Assembly: GCA_033442325.1 (NCBI GenBank)
Contig: JAWQFM010000003.1
Span: 1,029,651-1,093,650, forward strand
DNA length: 64,000 bases
Direction of reading: 5' to 3'
DNA from: Salpingoeca rosetta
Taxonomy: Eukaryota; Protista; Choanoflagellata
Position 1 is the stretch's first letter, and every line of letters starts with the position of its first letter. The position numbers were made by a program, and so were the translations under genes. Positions 16,410 to 34,168 of the stretch are shown here, piece after piece. The notes under the pieces were generated by a model. That model saw nothing but the letters and a program-made list of their open reading frames with translations, had not been told where the DNA came from and did not search any database.

Positions 16410-19306
16410 TGTGTGTGTGCGCTGTGTGTGTCTTTCTGTCTGTCCGTCTGTCTTTCTGTCTGTCCTCCCGTGTGTTACCAAAGCCGCCAAAGAAAGGATC
16501 GTGCCTTGGCCTGCTGTCTCTCTCTAGCCCTCTGTCTTGACTGCCGTTCACGCCAAGCTCGCGCTGCTTGCATGCACACGTGTGAAATGACTGCTGCCTG
16601 CAGAGGCTGTGGGCCAAAGTTGCAATGACAATTCAGCGTGTGCTCAGGACGGGAGCGAAAAATGCAAGAGTGGTTCCTGCAAGTGCAACGCAGGTTGGCA
16701 TCATGCAAACGTGGGCGCGCGTACGTGTGTTTGCGTACTGGCGTGAAGGACGCAGAAGCGAAGGTTGAGTGCACCCATAACCCCTGACCCTACTGCAATG
16801 ACGCGTGTCCCCACTGATGCCCAACTCTGTTTCGTTACTTGCGCCACCACCACAATCTCCTCCCTACACGATTCAGCCTATGAGCACTATGAGATCACGG
16901 CCATTCCATTCCTTGACTACTGCAAGAAGTGCACGTTCGGAAGGTACAAAGATTCGGTCGGCAACTTTGATTGCTACCCAACAAGACGGTGTGAGCCAGG
17001 ACATCGGTACAAGCACGTGTCCAAGAATCAAGATGCCACATGTCCCGCCTGCGAAAGTGGTATGTCAAAGCTCGCCGCGCACGTGCTTGTATCTTTGTGG
17101 CTGTGTCTGTGTGTGCATGTGTTGTGTGTTTGTGTGTTGTGTGTTTGTGTGTATATGTGTGTGCTTCGCCTCAGTGAACAGACCAAGCACTGCACCGATG
17201 GTTGTTTATTCACCAGTGATATGACTTCACGAACCACACTACAGGCAAGTACCAAGCGAAGGTCAATCACCGTGACGACAACTGTTACACGTGGTCCACG
17301 TGTGCAGCTGGCAAGTACGTCAAGCAATCTGCAACCACGAAACGAGACCGAAGCTGCGACGCCTGCCCAGCAGGGAAGTACACGCCCAGGTCCAATCGTC
17401 TGACTTGCTCCGACTGCCCAAGCGGCAAATACCAAGACAACAGCGGCCGCTCAAGTACGTCGCTCGCGTTGTGTCTGTCTGTGTCTGTGGGTGTGGCTTT
17501 GAAAGGGCACGCTTCGAGGGTGCAATCGGGATGATGTTGTTTGTGGTCCCTGTGTTGTTTCTCGCTTCGTCGGTCCTTGTCACACCTCACATTTTACTGT
17601 TTTGTGCGTGTGTGTGTGTGCGTGTGTGCGTGTTGTGCGTGTGTGTTGTGTGCGTGTGTGTTGTGTGTGTGTGTGTGTGTGTGTGTGTTGTCTGTTTGCT
17701 GCCTCCCAAGGTTGCAAGACAAGCACGACCTGTGATGACGGCTACTTTAGCATCTCTGAGCCGCCAACCTCGGATCGCATCTGTGCCAAGGCTTGCAGCC
17801 CTGGCAAATACAGCACCTTGCAGAGCCTTGACACGTGCATTTTGTGCGAACCTGGCACTTACCAAGACCAATCGGGTCAAACCGGCTGCAAACCGTGTGT
17901 GGACGCCTATCAACCCATCGCTGGCCAATACAGTACGTCCCAGGATGACTTTGGTGGTTGGTGTTTGTTCTATCATGTCGCTCGTGTTATGTTACTCGAT
18001 ACCAGCATATCACTTGTTCACGTCCACCACGTTCACGTTCACGCACCCACTGTTCCGCCATCTCCAGCGTGTCTGCGGCAGGCTGCATCACGTACAACAC
18101 CTGTGGTGCTGGAACCAAGTTCAAGGCTGGCAGCGCCACAGCTGACCGCACGTGTGAAGCCTGCGAAGCCGGTAGGCGGCGTATGTCTGTGTGTCTGTGC
18201 GTCTGTGTGTCTGTGTCTTTGTGTGCACGTTTCAATTCTCGCGCGTACATCCCCGTCTGTTTCATGGTTTTCTGTGTGACACACACTGTGCCACCACCAC
18301 GCCCTCCACCAATTTGCCTGCAGGCAAATTCCGAGCGAGCCCAAGCCACAAGTACACCACGTGCCTGTCATGTCCGCCTGGCACGTTCCAGCCAAAATCG
18401 GGGCAGAGCGGGTGCTTGTCTTGTTTCGAGTGCACTATCGGCTACGCCGAGGACACGCCATGCACACCGTCAACTGACCGCACATGCACAGGTGTTGCTG
18501 ATATGCGCGGGATCTTGTGCACGGTTGCACCTTTGCCTGCCTGCAAGCACGCGCTGGCTTCATCTTCTTCTGACCAACTGCTCTGCGTTTTACTCCAGAC
18601 AAAGATCCACCGGCCATCGTGCTGCGCCGTCCAGACAACAACGCCGTCATCACGAACACTTATGTCGTCGAAGCCACGTTTGCCTTTGAGCCCCCGATCT
18701 TCACCGCAACAGACGCAGCAGCCGGCGCTGTCACCAAGACACTACCACCCAACATCGACGATATTGACACGAGTGAGTGCGTGAATGCCGTGAATTGATG
18801 TGCTGCCCCTCTGGGTGCGGCTGAATGTCCACACATGTGTGTATCTCTGCTTTGTGCACCCCCTTTCTCACAATCACCTACACAATACACAATACGCACA
18901 CAATACACCACACGCACGCACGCAACGCACGCACACAGGCACTGTGCGTTCTGACCAGATGCTGACGTACAAGGCGACGGATGCGAACATGAACACGGCA
19001 ACACGCACCATCACCGTGGTAGTCGTGGACACGACAGGGCCCGCCATCACATTTGACCCTGCAGTGCTGCAGCTGGAGGCCGGGGAGGAGGTGATGCGCA
19101 GCAACTTCACGGTCGGCGTTTCCATCGTGGACCGCGTGGACGGAACACTGGGCATCAACCTGCTGGAATACGATGACAGCGACGTGAACGTGAACACGCT
19201 GGGCATGTACGAGGTGGTCTACACGCTGTCTGCACCCGACTCGAACAACAACGAGGCGCCGCCCACCACACGCACAGCAGCCGTCGTCGACACCCTTGCA
19301 CCAGTG

Positions 19307-19381
<75 letters not shown>

Positions 19382-21445
19382 ATGTCTGTTTGTGTGTGCA
19401 TGTCTGTTTGTGTGTGCATGTCTGTTTGTGTGTGCATGTCTGTTTGTGTTTGTGTGTGCGTGCCTTCATCTACGTGGACACTCACTTACCTCCTTGCCTC
19501 CGTTTCTCCTTGCCTCCCATTCAACTCTTTTATCTGTTCACTTCCTCATCAATCCCTGTCACACATTGCCAACCAATCACAGGTCATCACCATTGGTTTT
19601 GGCGACCGCGACGTGTCGGAACACAACGTGGTTATCCACGAGGCGGCAACAGAGTTTATCTTCCCGAGCCAGTCTGCATTTGATACATTCGACACCGCTG
19701 TCAATGGCGGCGACGTGCGACGCAACGAAGAGCCGGTGCGTTGTCGCTCTTTTCCTGCGTCTTCCTTGTCGCTGGTGTGTCTTGACCACGTCATGCACTA
19801 TTCCATCGCTTCCATTTCTCCCACTTCTCCCTCCCCGTCTCACGCACCCTTTTCCCTTGACACTCACATTTCCCCCGATTCCCCCCCCCCCCACACACAC
19901 ACACCCTGTTCGCAGACCTTCAGCTCGGTCGTGGACGACGGCACGCAGTTCACGTTCACGTACACGGCGACGGATGCGTCGGATAACACGGCGACGGTGG
20001 TGTATGTGATTGAGGTGCGGGACACGATGGCGCCAACCATCACCATCAATGGCGAGCACAACATCACGCACGAGGCCGGGACGGAATATGTCGATGCAGG
20101 AGCAACAGCAACAGACCTGCTGGAGGATGCGATTGGGCGCGGGGTGGAGGTGGTGGTCACCAACAACGTGTTGAGCAAGCCGCCGTCTGCGCCCGCTGTG
20201 TTCACGGTGGAGTACGACGCGTGCGACAAGGCCGACAACTGTCGGCTTGCCATTCGCACCGTGCACGTGCTGGACCGCACGGCACCCGTCGTGACGCTGT
20301 ATGGCGCGGAAGAGGTGCACGTGCCGTATGCGACACGGTATGTGGAGGCCGGGTACAGCGCACAGGATGTGCACGACGGCAACGTGACGTCGCAGGTGGT
20401 GGTGAGTGGGGCCGATGTGATTGACGTGCACGTGGCGGGGACGTACGAGATTGAGTACGCAGTGATGGATGCCAGTGGCAACACGGGTGTCGCGGTGCGG
20501 ACGGTGGTGGTTGAGGCGCTGATGCGACCGGAGCAGGAGGATGTGGTGGTGGAGCTGGTGCTTGCAGGCATGCCAGAGACCATCTTTGGCGGGGTGTTGC
20601 AGCTTGAGCGCGATCTGGAGGAAGCGCTGAATGTCGAGATTGTGGTGGTGTTCAACGTAAAAGATGGTGGAATGAGGAAGACTGCGCCTGGCGTATCAAC
20701 AAGTGCGACAGTGGTTGAGTTTGGGGTTCGGGCGTCTGACACGCTGCAGTGGAGGGATGCGAAAGTGTTTGCGGATGACCTTGCCCAGCAGGTGGCGTTT
20801 GTTGGCGACGTCCGGGTGTTGGGTGCCAGTGTTGCTGGGTCCATGTCGTCTTCATCGTCGCCATCAAGAGGCGGCAGCGTTGCCGGGCCCGCCGCTGGCG
20901 GTGTTGCTGGGCTTCTTCTGCTGGTGCGTCAGGTCATTCCGGTGAATGCACGCACAAGTGTGCGTGTCGGTGCGTGTTGGGGACGTGAATATAACAGTGC
21001 GTGTGTGTATGCACTTCACTAACTCTACCTCTGTTGTGCCTGCAGGTGGTTGTGGCTGCTGTTGTGCTACGGTGTCGGTCACGAACGGCCAAGTCTCGTC
21101 TCGCAGCACCGGTAGGCAGACTCTCTTCGTTTGCAATGCGTCGCGAGGCTCCCACTATGGTGTTTGTTTAGGTTCTTTGGTGTGCGTTGTGCGGTGTTGT
21201 GTGCTTAGCTAGCAATGCAGCTTGCTGATCGACCCCACATGCACAGAAGGCACCCACGACTTTGTGGCCTTGACCCCAACTCTTTCAACAACATGAATGT
21301 GCGCACGCTTCACAACGTAGGGTGCTGAGGGTGCTGTCACCATGAATCCGACGTTTGAGGGAGGACAAGTTGAACCGGAAGAACATGGTGGGTGGACGAC
21401 CTTCGAACTGTGTTTGTTTTCGCAACTGCGGTGTGCGTGCGTGTG

Positions 21446-21498
<53 letters not shown>

Positions 21499-21787
21499 GT
21501 GTGTGTGTGTGTGCGTGTGTGTGTGATGTGGTGTCCTTGCTCTTTGTGCATTGTTTCGTCTCTGTGGCATCCTCTCCTGTTTTCACTGGACATGCTCATG
21601 CGAGCATTCATTCAATATGTAACGCCTGTGGTGCGGTGCGTGGACACAATCTGCCCGATACCTGCCTGCTTGCAGTGTACCAAGTGCCAGCGCGCTTGCT
21701 GGCAACGATGCCGGGAAGCGCAAAGAACACCCGCCGTCATACGCGCTGGGACCCCTCCTTTTACGACGTGGGCAAATCTGAGACGCA

Positions 21788-21818
<31 letters not shown>

Positions 21819-22133
21819 AAGCCGCCACCACAACACCAACCACAGCCACAACAACCCCTGCAGCCGCAGCGGAAGCAACGAAAACAGCACGACGGTGCTG
21901 AGAATGTACGTGGCACGGGGGAGCGTGATGAGGATAACGGCAATCGTACACGGCCGCAGTCAATTCACGCGTGGTCCTCAGATTTGTATGACACACACGA
22001 AGGGAGTGAGCACGCTCTTACCTTTCGGGTGGCCGTGCCAACCCACTCGTCAACACTTGCGTCCAATGCGTCAAGAGATATAAGAGATGCTCCGGTGTAC
22101 GACGTGGTGGAAGTTGTGCACTCGAGGCGGTGA
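16269..22133 (+). CDS. Type I membrane receptor/adhesion protein: signal peptide, Cys-rich (TNFR/ephrin-receptor-like) repeats, 5 HYR/DUF5011 Ig-like repeats, TM helix, cytoplasmic tail with Tyr motifs, no kinase
   Basis: [24 protein letters not shown] signal; C..C..G.Y/DR.C repeats 16600-18490; D..AP.IT...ATD..DG...G.Y...Y...D..GN..RTV.V repeats 18600-20515; [19 protein letters not shown] then RCRSR; tail NPTF, VYQVP, FYDV, LYDT, VYDVV. Confidence 0.8.
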
Positions 22134-22602
22134 CAGGCCGCCTTCTTGGTCCGTTGGACGTTACCCACCTGTTGCTTGCGTTCGTGATTCTTCATGTCTT
22201 CATGTGTTGGCACACACACACACATGCACATGCGCGCGCGCACACACGCACAAGACGAAAAGACTTCCCTTCCAGACTTCCAGACGACTTGGCATGTGCT
22301 GTGACTGGTTCTGTTCTTTCTTGTCGTGCTTGCAGGCTTGCTTGCCGTTGCTTGCCATGCTTGGGATGGCGTGTGGCAGGTGCATTACACAGCTGCTGTT
22401 ACAACGTCCTCATCCTCATTCGCTCATTGTCACCACGAGACGAAGCACATCAATCAGCACAGCATCCTTCTATCCTTCATGGCCACACAAAAGACACAAA
22501 GGAGAGGTTCACAAGAGAGAGAGAGGAGAACACGAAAGTCGAGAACGCAAAAAACACGCTTCTTGGCGTGGATGGTGTCATCATTTCCGCACGCAAGAAG
22601 GA

Positions 22603-26659
<4,057 letters not shown>

Positions 26660-27328
26660 TCTGGAAGTGGGTGTGAGTGTGACCTGAAGTAACACATGGC
26701 GAGTGTGCAGCCTGTACATGCCATATGTAACCCGTGCACCCCATGCAACGCTGCGGTTTTGGGCAACGGTTCGTGTTCCTCATCGCAGTGATGTAACCAA
26801 CCTGTGATGTTTGTTCTGACGCGTTGACATGATTATCACATGACATGACTGTCACATCCCATCACATCACGTCGTTTCGACTCCATCATTATTGCTTGGT
26901 CCTGTCCACATGTTGTTTTGTCGTAATTGAACTAAGTGACTTTGCACGATGCACGCACGCGTGTGTTTGTGTGAATGTATGTTTGGATAAGATTTTGCTC
27001 CTCTTCTAATGCTCTTCAATGTCGCCCCCAAAAACGGCTTGCTTGTTGTTCGTGTGTGAATGTATGTCATAGCTCGCGCGTGTGTATTGCGGGGCAGGCG
27101 CCCTGCCTGCCACTTGCTTGCTCGAACAGCAACATCGAGAAAGCGAGAAAAGACAGCAGGCAACGAGTAAAAGCATGCAACACAACGCAAATGCAACACA
27201 CAGTGCACACACACGGAGAGAGCCGCGTGAAACATCTACATTCACTCATGCACATTCGCTACTAACAACGCCAAGTACGCCGCACAAACACATGACGAGG
27301 GCGGTTGCTGGCGTGGTACTGTGCGCGG

Positions 27329-27465
27329 TTACATGATGATGGCTGGTTCTGCCACGCTGGCCTTGATGGACTTGTGTGGGAGCACACGCGCCCCGTTGAG
27401 ATAGAGCTCGTCCTTCACGTTCACGTCCTCACCCAGCACCGTCACGCCCTCAAGACGCGCCTGGC

Positions 27466-27526
<61 letters not shown>

Positions 27527-29413
27527 CGCTTGTATGTATGTGCGCAGTGCGCGCTTACAAAGGCATCGTCAATCCCCCCCCACACACACACACTCTCTCA
27601 TCTCCTCCCCCATTCACCCCTCTACCCCAAAATCATCGTCGTACCCATGCGCCGACGGTGGACCGCCAGCCAATGATGGCCGAGTGCAGCCACGCGTGCG
27701 CCTTCACCTACACACAGCACCAGCAAACACGGCACGAAACGACGTGAGCGCCACCACGACAGAGTGCGTGGGACATGTGGGACATGTGTGCAATATGTGT
27801 GTGTGTGTGTGTGGCATATGTATGTGTGTGTGTGTGTGTGTACGCGTAGCTGTTGTGCATGTTGCGTGTGGCATGTGCATGTGTGTGTGTGTGTGCGTGC
27901 CATGTGGCTACTGTTTGCTGACCTGAACGCCCTCGAAGATGGCGCAGCGCTGCAGGCGGCATCCTGATGCGCAAGAACACACCAGGCATGGACCCTGTGG
28001 TGAGCTTGTCATTCACTCTGTTGATGCAGCTTCATCAAAACACACACACACACAACACACACACACACACCACACACACACACACACACCTGCGCCGATG
28101 GTGGTGTTTGGTCCGATGACAACATGTGGACCAATCTTACAGCCGCGGCCAATCTTGGCAGACGGATGCTGGCGTGGCGCGCATCGTCGTGGTGGAGGAA
28201 CAGTGAGGCGCACGTGGTACGAAGAGAAGAGAAGAGAGCACTCATCCATGCATGCATGCATGCACAGTGTCATTCACAGTGTCATTCACGCGCACACACT
28301 AACACATTCACTAACACACACACACTAACACATACACGTTCACGCACACACGCACACTCACACACGCACACACATTCACACACATTCACACACATTCACG
28401 TGCAACATGAGCCATCTCTGGTGTGCGACGACGTACAATGAGGCAGGGCCCGACAATCTCGTAGTCGCTGTTGTCTGCGGCTGCGAGCGTCTCCGGTGCG
28501 GTGGCGTGAACGGAGCTGAGGTACAGCACCAGGCCCTTGAGGTAGTCTGGCGGCTGCCCAACGTCCATCCAGAAGCCTGCATGCACACACACGCACAACA
28601 GGAACCGTTGTGGTGGTAAAAGGGTGAGTCAAGTATTGGTAGTGTGGTTGGTTGTTGTACAACGCCAAGGAAAAACAAAATACACACACACACACACACA
28701 CACACAAAAAAAAGAAGGGGGTGGGTGGGTGAAGCAAATAAACCATGTTCAGGTACACACAAACAACTCAGGAAGCGAGCGAAACAGGTGCGTGTGGGAT
28801 GTGCAGTCGACCTGGGAGGTCCATGGCGTAGAGGTTGTTGGCGGCAGCCATGGCAGGGAAGATTTCCTGCTCAATTGACGTCGGGCGCAGCTGAACACGC
28901 GTCGTATGGGGGTGGTGCCGGTATTGGTGGTGGTAGTGACAGGCGGTGGGGTGAGCGGTGGTGGTCCACGAATGCGCCGTCTGAACCGACAGCTTGGACA
29001 ACATACGCCACGACCAAACACATGGCACATGGCACATGGCACATGGAGAGTGAAGAGTGAGAGGGGGTCGTCATACCTCGATTCTGTCGAGAATCTCGGG
29101 GTTGAAGATGTACAGGCCAGCGTTGATGCGGTTGCCAACAAACACCTGAACAGCAATCCGTGGTGGCGGCATGTGATGAGGGGAGCGCTGCTGGCATACA
29201 CACAACACAGACGAAGAGGGCACACACACGCACACACACGCGCACACACACACGCACACACACACACACACACACCTGTGGTTTCTCGACGAAGCGCTGG
29301 ATGCGGCCGGTTTCCTGATCGGAGACAACGACGCCATACTTGCTTGGCTCTTCAACCTTGGTCACCTGCCGATGGACACACACACGCACACACACACGCA
29401 CATACACACACAC

Positions 29414-29458
<45 letters not shown>

Positions 29459-30661
29459 CGCACACACGCACGCGCGCGCACACACACGCACGCACACACG
29501 CACGCGCACACACACACACAAGCATGTATGTTTGTGAACTTGAGCGACGCGTGAGGGATGCAGGTTCAGACGGGCGGTGTGGGCTGGGAGCATGAAGCGT
29601 ACCAAGATTGTTCCCTCGCAGCCGTGGTTCTTGTGGAAGGCGATGAGATCCGTGAAGGGAAAGTTGCAGATGACGTCGCTGTTCAGCACAAAGAACGGCT
29701 CGCCATCGCGCAGAATAGACTCAGCCAGCTTCAGCGGCCCAGCTGTGCACATGTACACAAACACACACACATGGTGTCAGGAGTGCAGCTGTGTCAATTG
29801 AGCATACTGGGGCTGATGAACGCACGCAGGCATACCTGTTCCCAAGGGCTCCTTCTCCTGAGAGATGGTGATTTGGATGCCAAGCTACCCGACACAAATC
29901 AATGAATGTCACACACACACACATATACACACACTGTGAGCTCATGGTCGGCAAAGCAATGGCTGAGGTGCAAGCAACAGTGACACACAAAGAGGAAACA
30001 CAGTAACACACACACAGATGCACACATGTACACGCACACGCACACATGCACACGCAAAGCACACAAGCACACAACACACACACACACGAGATGCAGTGAT
30101 TCGGCAAATCAGCATACTCGTTCGGCGTGCTGGCGCATCTCGTCCTCCATGATTTCAGCACGGTAGTTGACGGCAAGCACGACGTGGTCAACGCCAGCCT
30201 CCTTCAGAGCCTCAACCTTGAGCCATCAACGTCATCACACCAGCATGCTGTCAGCTCGACACGCGCACACACAACGTTGTGCACGAAGTGCACAGAGAGA
30301 TGCATCCCTTCCCAGAATCACCAACTCACACGAAGGAATTTCACACACATGCACATGCACACACACGCACATGCACACACATGCACACACACACACATTC
30401 ACACACGCACAGGCGACAAGGATGCATTGTTCCACGTCAGACAAGAACCTTGTACACTTGTTGCTTCTCTTTCTCACGACATCGTTAACCCTTCCCCCCC
30501 CCCAGCGCCACTTCCCCATGAAATGGTGCTACCGCGTGCACGCCACGTACCTGATGCATGACCATGGGCTTGTTTGCAAAGGGCACCAGGGGCTTGGGCA
30601 GCGACAGCGTCAGCGGACGCAGGCGGGTGCCAAACCCACCCACCAAGATGAGAGCCTTCAT
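27329..30661 (-). CDS. GMPPB: Mannose-1-phosphate guanylyltransferase (GDP-mannose pyrophosphorylase) beta
   Basis: [83 protein letters not shown], hexapeptide repeats, LPHKSI...IIM*. Confidence 0.97.
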
Positions 30662-30710
30662 TGTTGTTGTTCGTTGTCGTTGTTGGTTGTGTGTTGTTGA
30701 AAGCGGATAC

Positions 30711-30736
30711 GGAAAATTTGTGTAAATCATAAACAA
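30711..30736 (-). promoter_or_regulatory. Candidate promoter motif copy 2 (GMPPB/paralogue A divergent region)
   Basis: Minus strand TTGTTTATGATTTACACAAATTTTCC. Confidence 0.55.
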
Positions 30737-30827
30737 CTTATCCGCACAACCACGGCAGAAGAGGAGGAGGACGGACACAGCTTTGCTTCTTTGTTGTTTG
30801 TTTGAGTGTTTGAGTCAACAGGGAACG

Positions 30828-30876
30828 ATGGCGACAAGGAGTGTGGCTGGGCACATCCGTGGATGGTACGTGGTCG

Positions 30877-30928
<52 letters not shown>

Positions 30929-31311
30929 ATGCAAGGAGGGGGCAAGGAAAGTGTAGTCGTGCGTGTGCGGTCTGTGCTTGCCGTGCTCGGTTGGACACTG
31001 CTTTGGTGCAAGTCAGAAGCAGCAACCACTGACACACACTGACACACCGCACACACGCACCACGCACCACGCACCACGCACACCTGCAATGCACATGAAT
31101 ACACACCTCAAGGCTGAGCAGGGTAGGGCAGCACTGGGGAAACATCTCGGGATCTAATGCACTCCACCAGCAGCGCAGCAACTTGAAACACGCACGAAGA
31201 AACCTCGAACAAGCAAGAGAAAACTACGCAAAGGTCGGCGTTTCGTTGTATCTTGTGGTGATTGGGATGTTCATTCAACACACATGCACACACGCGCACA
31301 CGCACACGCAC

Positions 31312-31350
<39 letters not shown>

Positions 31351-32538
31351 CACATGCACACATGACGCGCAAGGATGCAATTTATGCACCTCACGCTCCC
31401 CCCGTCTGCTCGCTCGTTGTGGCTGTATTTAGGCGCGAAAGAACTTGCACAAGGCACAGGTTGAGAAGCAGCGGGAGGTGGACACAAACACCAACTTCAA
31501 GGACAGCCCGATTCGAGGGCAGTATGAACAGGCAAAGCAACAGCACACACAAGCAAGCCGAGAGGTCAGACCAAAGGTTCCACATTCTATCCCCATTCTC
31601 GACACTACGCTGTGTTTGCGACAATGAACACCCACACGTACATGCGGTTCTCTCATCGCTTGGCGTTGGTGTGTGGTTTTGTACGTGTGTGTGTGTGTGT
31701 GTGTGTGTGATGTTGTCTCTGCAGCAAGAGATGCGGCTGAACGAGTACAAGGCTGCCCTGTCAGCGGTGGAGCAAGCAGAGGCCACCTTTGCCAAGCTCA
31801 ACAGCATGCAGAAGTCCTTCATCACCGTCACCACTTTTGCCACCACCCTCGTCACGCCCATCTTCGTCTTGTGGCGAACAGGGTATGTTGACGGATGCGC
31901 CCGCCCGTCTCGTTTGCCTACCTCGTCTGCCTGTCTGCTCGTCTGTCCCTTTTGTGTCTGTTGTGTTCTGTTTAGCTGGTTTATGGTTGTCTGTATACCC
32001 GTGTGCCAGGTGCAGACGCAAGCACGTGCACGCACATGCAACCAATCACTCCAATCACTCCAACGCTTGCTACTTGCCACTCCCAACATCGTAGCTCACG
32101 CACGCACGCGACACCCTTGATGTGGTGCTGTCTTTCAGGAGCCATACGGAGCAGGCTGTGCACGAAACACTGAGACCGTTTAAGGACAAGGTGCAAACCG
32201 TCGCATCAACGCCAACCTCGAACCAACAACCCCACGCCCAAGCACAAGACCAACCGCCAATGAGATTACAACAGCAGCAGCAGCAGCAGCAGCAGCGAGA
32301 GCATGAGCAGACACAGCAGGAGGGAGAGTCAAGTGCCACATCATCGGCCACGGCCTCACCGCCACTCGAGGACATTCGCGCGCAGTTGCAGACGGTGCGA
32401 AGGCGCGTGGCGCAACTGCACGACGAAGCAGCACACCAGCGCAGTGCCCTTGACACGGAGCACACCACGGCGTGGGTGGCCGTCGGCGGCATGGCAGCTG
32501 CAGTGGTCCTCACCATCTTCATCCGCGCCACAAGCTGA
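30828..32538 (+). CDS. Coiled-coil protein with two TM helices, She9/Mdm33-CCDC51-like paralogue A
   Basis: Spliced MATRSVAGHIRGW/VGQHWGNISGSNALHQQRSNLKHARRNLEQARENYAK/.../QEMRLNEYKAAL...FITVTTFATTLVTPIFVLW/..AVHETLRPF...TAWVAVGGMAAAVVLTIFIRATS*; topology matches the neighbouring gene. Confidence 0.55.
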
Positions 32539-33038
32539 TGCCCACTTGTGCGTGTGTGTTTGTTTGTTTGTTTGTTTGTTTGTTTGTGTGTGTGTTTGTT
32601 TGTTTGTTTGTGTGTGTGTGTTTGTTTGTTTGTTTGTTTGTTTGTTTGTTTGTGTGTGTGTGTGTGTGTGTTTGTTTGTTTGTGTGTGCGTGTGTGTCTA
32701 ATTTTGCACTTTTGTTCACGTGCACGCGCGCCTTCACATACGCGCGACGTACCGTCTTCGCTCCACTTCAGCCTCTCCTTGCGTGTGTTAACAAACATGA
32801 CTGTCTGCTACAGTGCCATATCATATGCGATGTGTCTATTACATGGTTTCAAACACAAGATGCCTGCAGTCTATGAGAACCACCACAGTCCTCGTGCGTA
32901 ACACCCAGCATGGCAATCATACCGCGACCACCACCGCCGCCATCACAACAACAATAACAACTTCAAACAACCCAAACCAACAACTTCAAACAACATCAAC
33001 AGCAACAGCCACCAAGTTAGCAACCACTCCCATTTCCT

Positions 33039-33305
33039 TCAGCCCCCACGCGACCCGAGCGCGTAGAGGAAGGCCGCGCTGCTGACGACGGCAGCGGTGA
33101 TGACGGCGTTGCGCGTGCCGCGCGTGTATGTGTCAATGGTGGCCCGGTCCTCCTCCATCATGCTGGCCAGTTTGTCCACGTCGCGATAGAGGGCACTTGC
33201 GTCATGCTGCAGCGCAGTCGCCATCACCTGCTGTCCTTCACCACCGCCCGTCGACTTGAGGGCAGCAATCTCAGCCTCCAGTGCCTTCAAGCAAACACAC
33301 ACATA

Positions 33306-33350
<45 letters not shown>

Positions 33351-34133
33351 TTGAAGGTGAGCGCAACACGAACGTGCTAGCGTGCATGCTGGCAGACCTT
33401 TGACCAAGCCATATGATGGCACTCGCGTACGCATGCAGCCAAGCACATGCCCAGCTCCAAACAGCCGACCAACAATCCCTCAGCACAGCACCTTGATGGT
33501 GTTCTGATACGAAGCGACGGCTGTGGCCGTGGTGTCCTCGTCATGAACATCGCCCCTACCGGCACTTGGTTGCTCCAATTCGAGCGTTTGGTTCAGGTCC
33601 TGCAGGAACGGCGACAGCGTCTCGCGAATGGAGCGCGCAACCATCCACCGCCGCGAATACCTGGGGATGATGGGATGTGGGGGGAGTGAAGTGGGGGGAG
33701 TGAAGTGGAGATGGGGGAGAGGTTAGGAACGTGGAGAAGAGGTGGCGTGGGAGACGCGGAGAAAGCGGAAGAGAGTGAACACGTAAGACGGCTAGGAAGG
33801 GTTTGTGGAAGTGTGGGCCGGAGAATGGTTGGAGCACACGGGCAGCAAAGCAACCTCAGGCACACGAAAACATGCACGTACGCGAAGACGAGGATGGGGA
33901 TGATGGCAACGAGGGAGAGGAGGAAGGTGTAGTAGCGGATGTTGCGGTCGGCCTCAAACTGCTGCTCCTCAGCATGCTGGCACCTCCATAGCGCGTCGAT
34001 GTATTTGCTCAATGCATCTTCCCTCTACAAAGCAACACACACACACACACACACGCACGTGCACGTGTGATTGCGATGAGTTGCTAACAGTGATGGGAAG
34101 CCTGCAGCACAACCCGCAGCAAAACCCTCACTC

Positions 34134-34168
<35 letters not shown>

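Noticed and set aside
19864-20844. 326-aa antisense ORF over the receptor exon (similarly 46043-46576 over TIMM29)
   Set aside because: Expected shadow ORFs of GC-rich coding sequence; no recognisable motifs.
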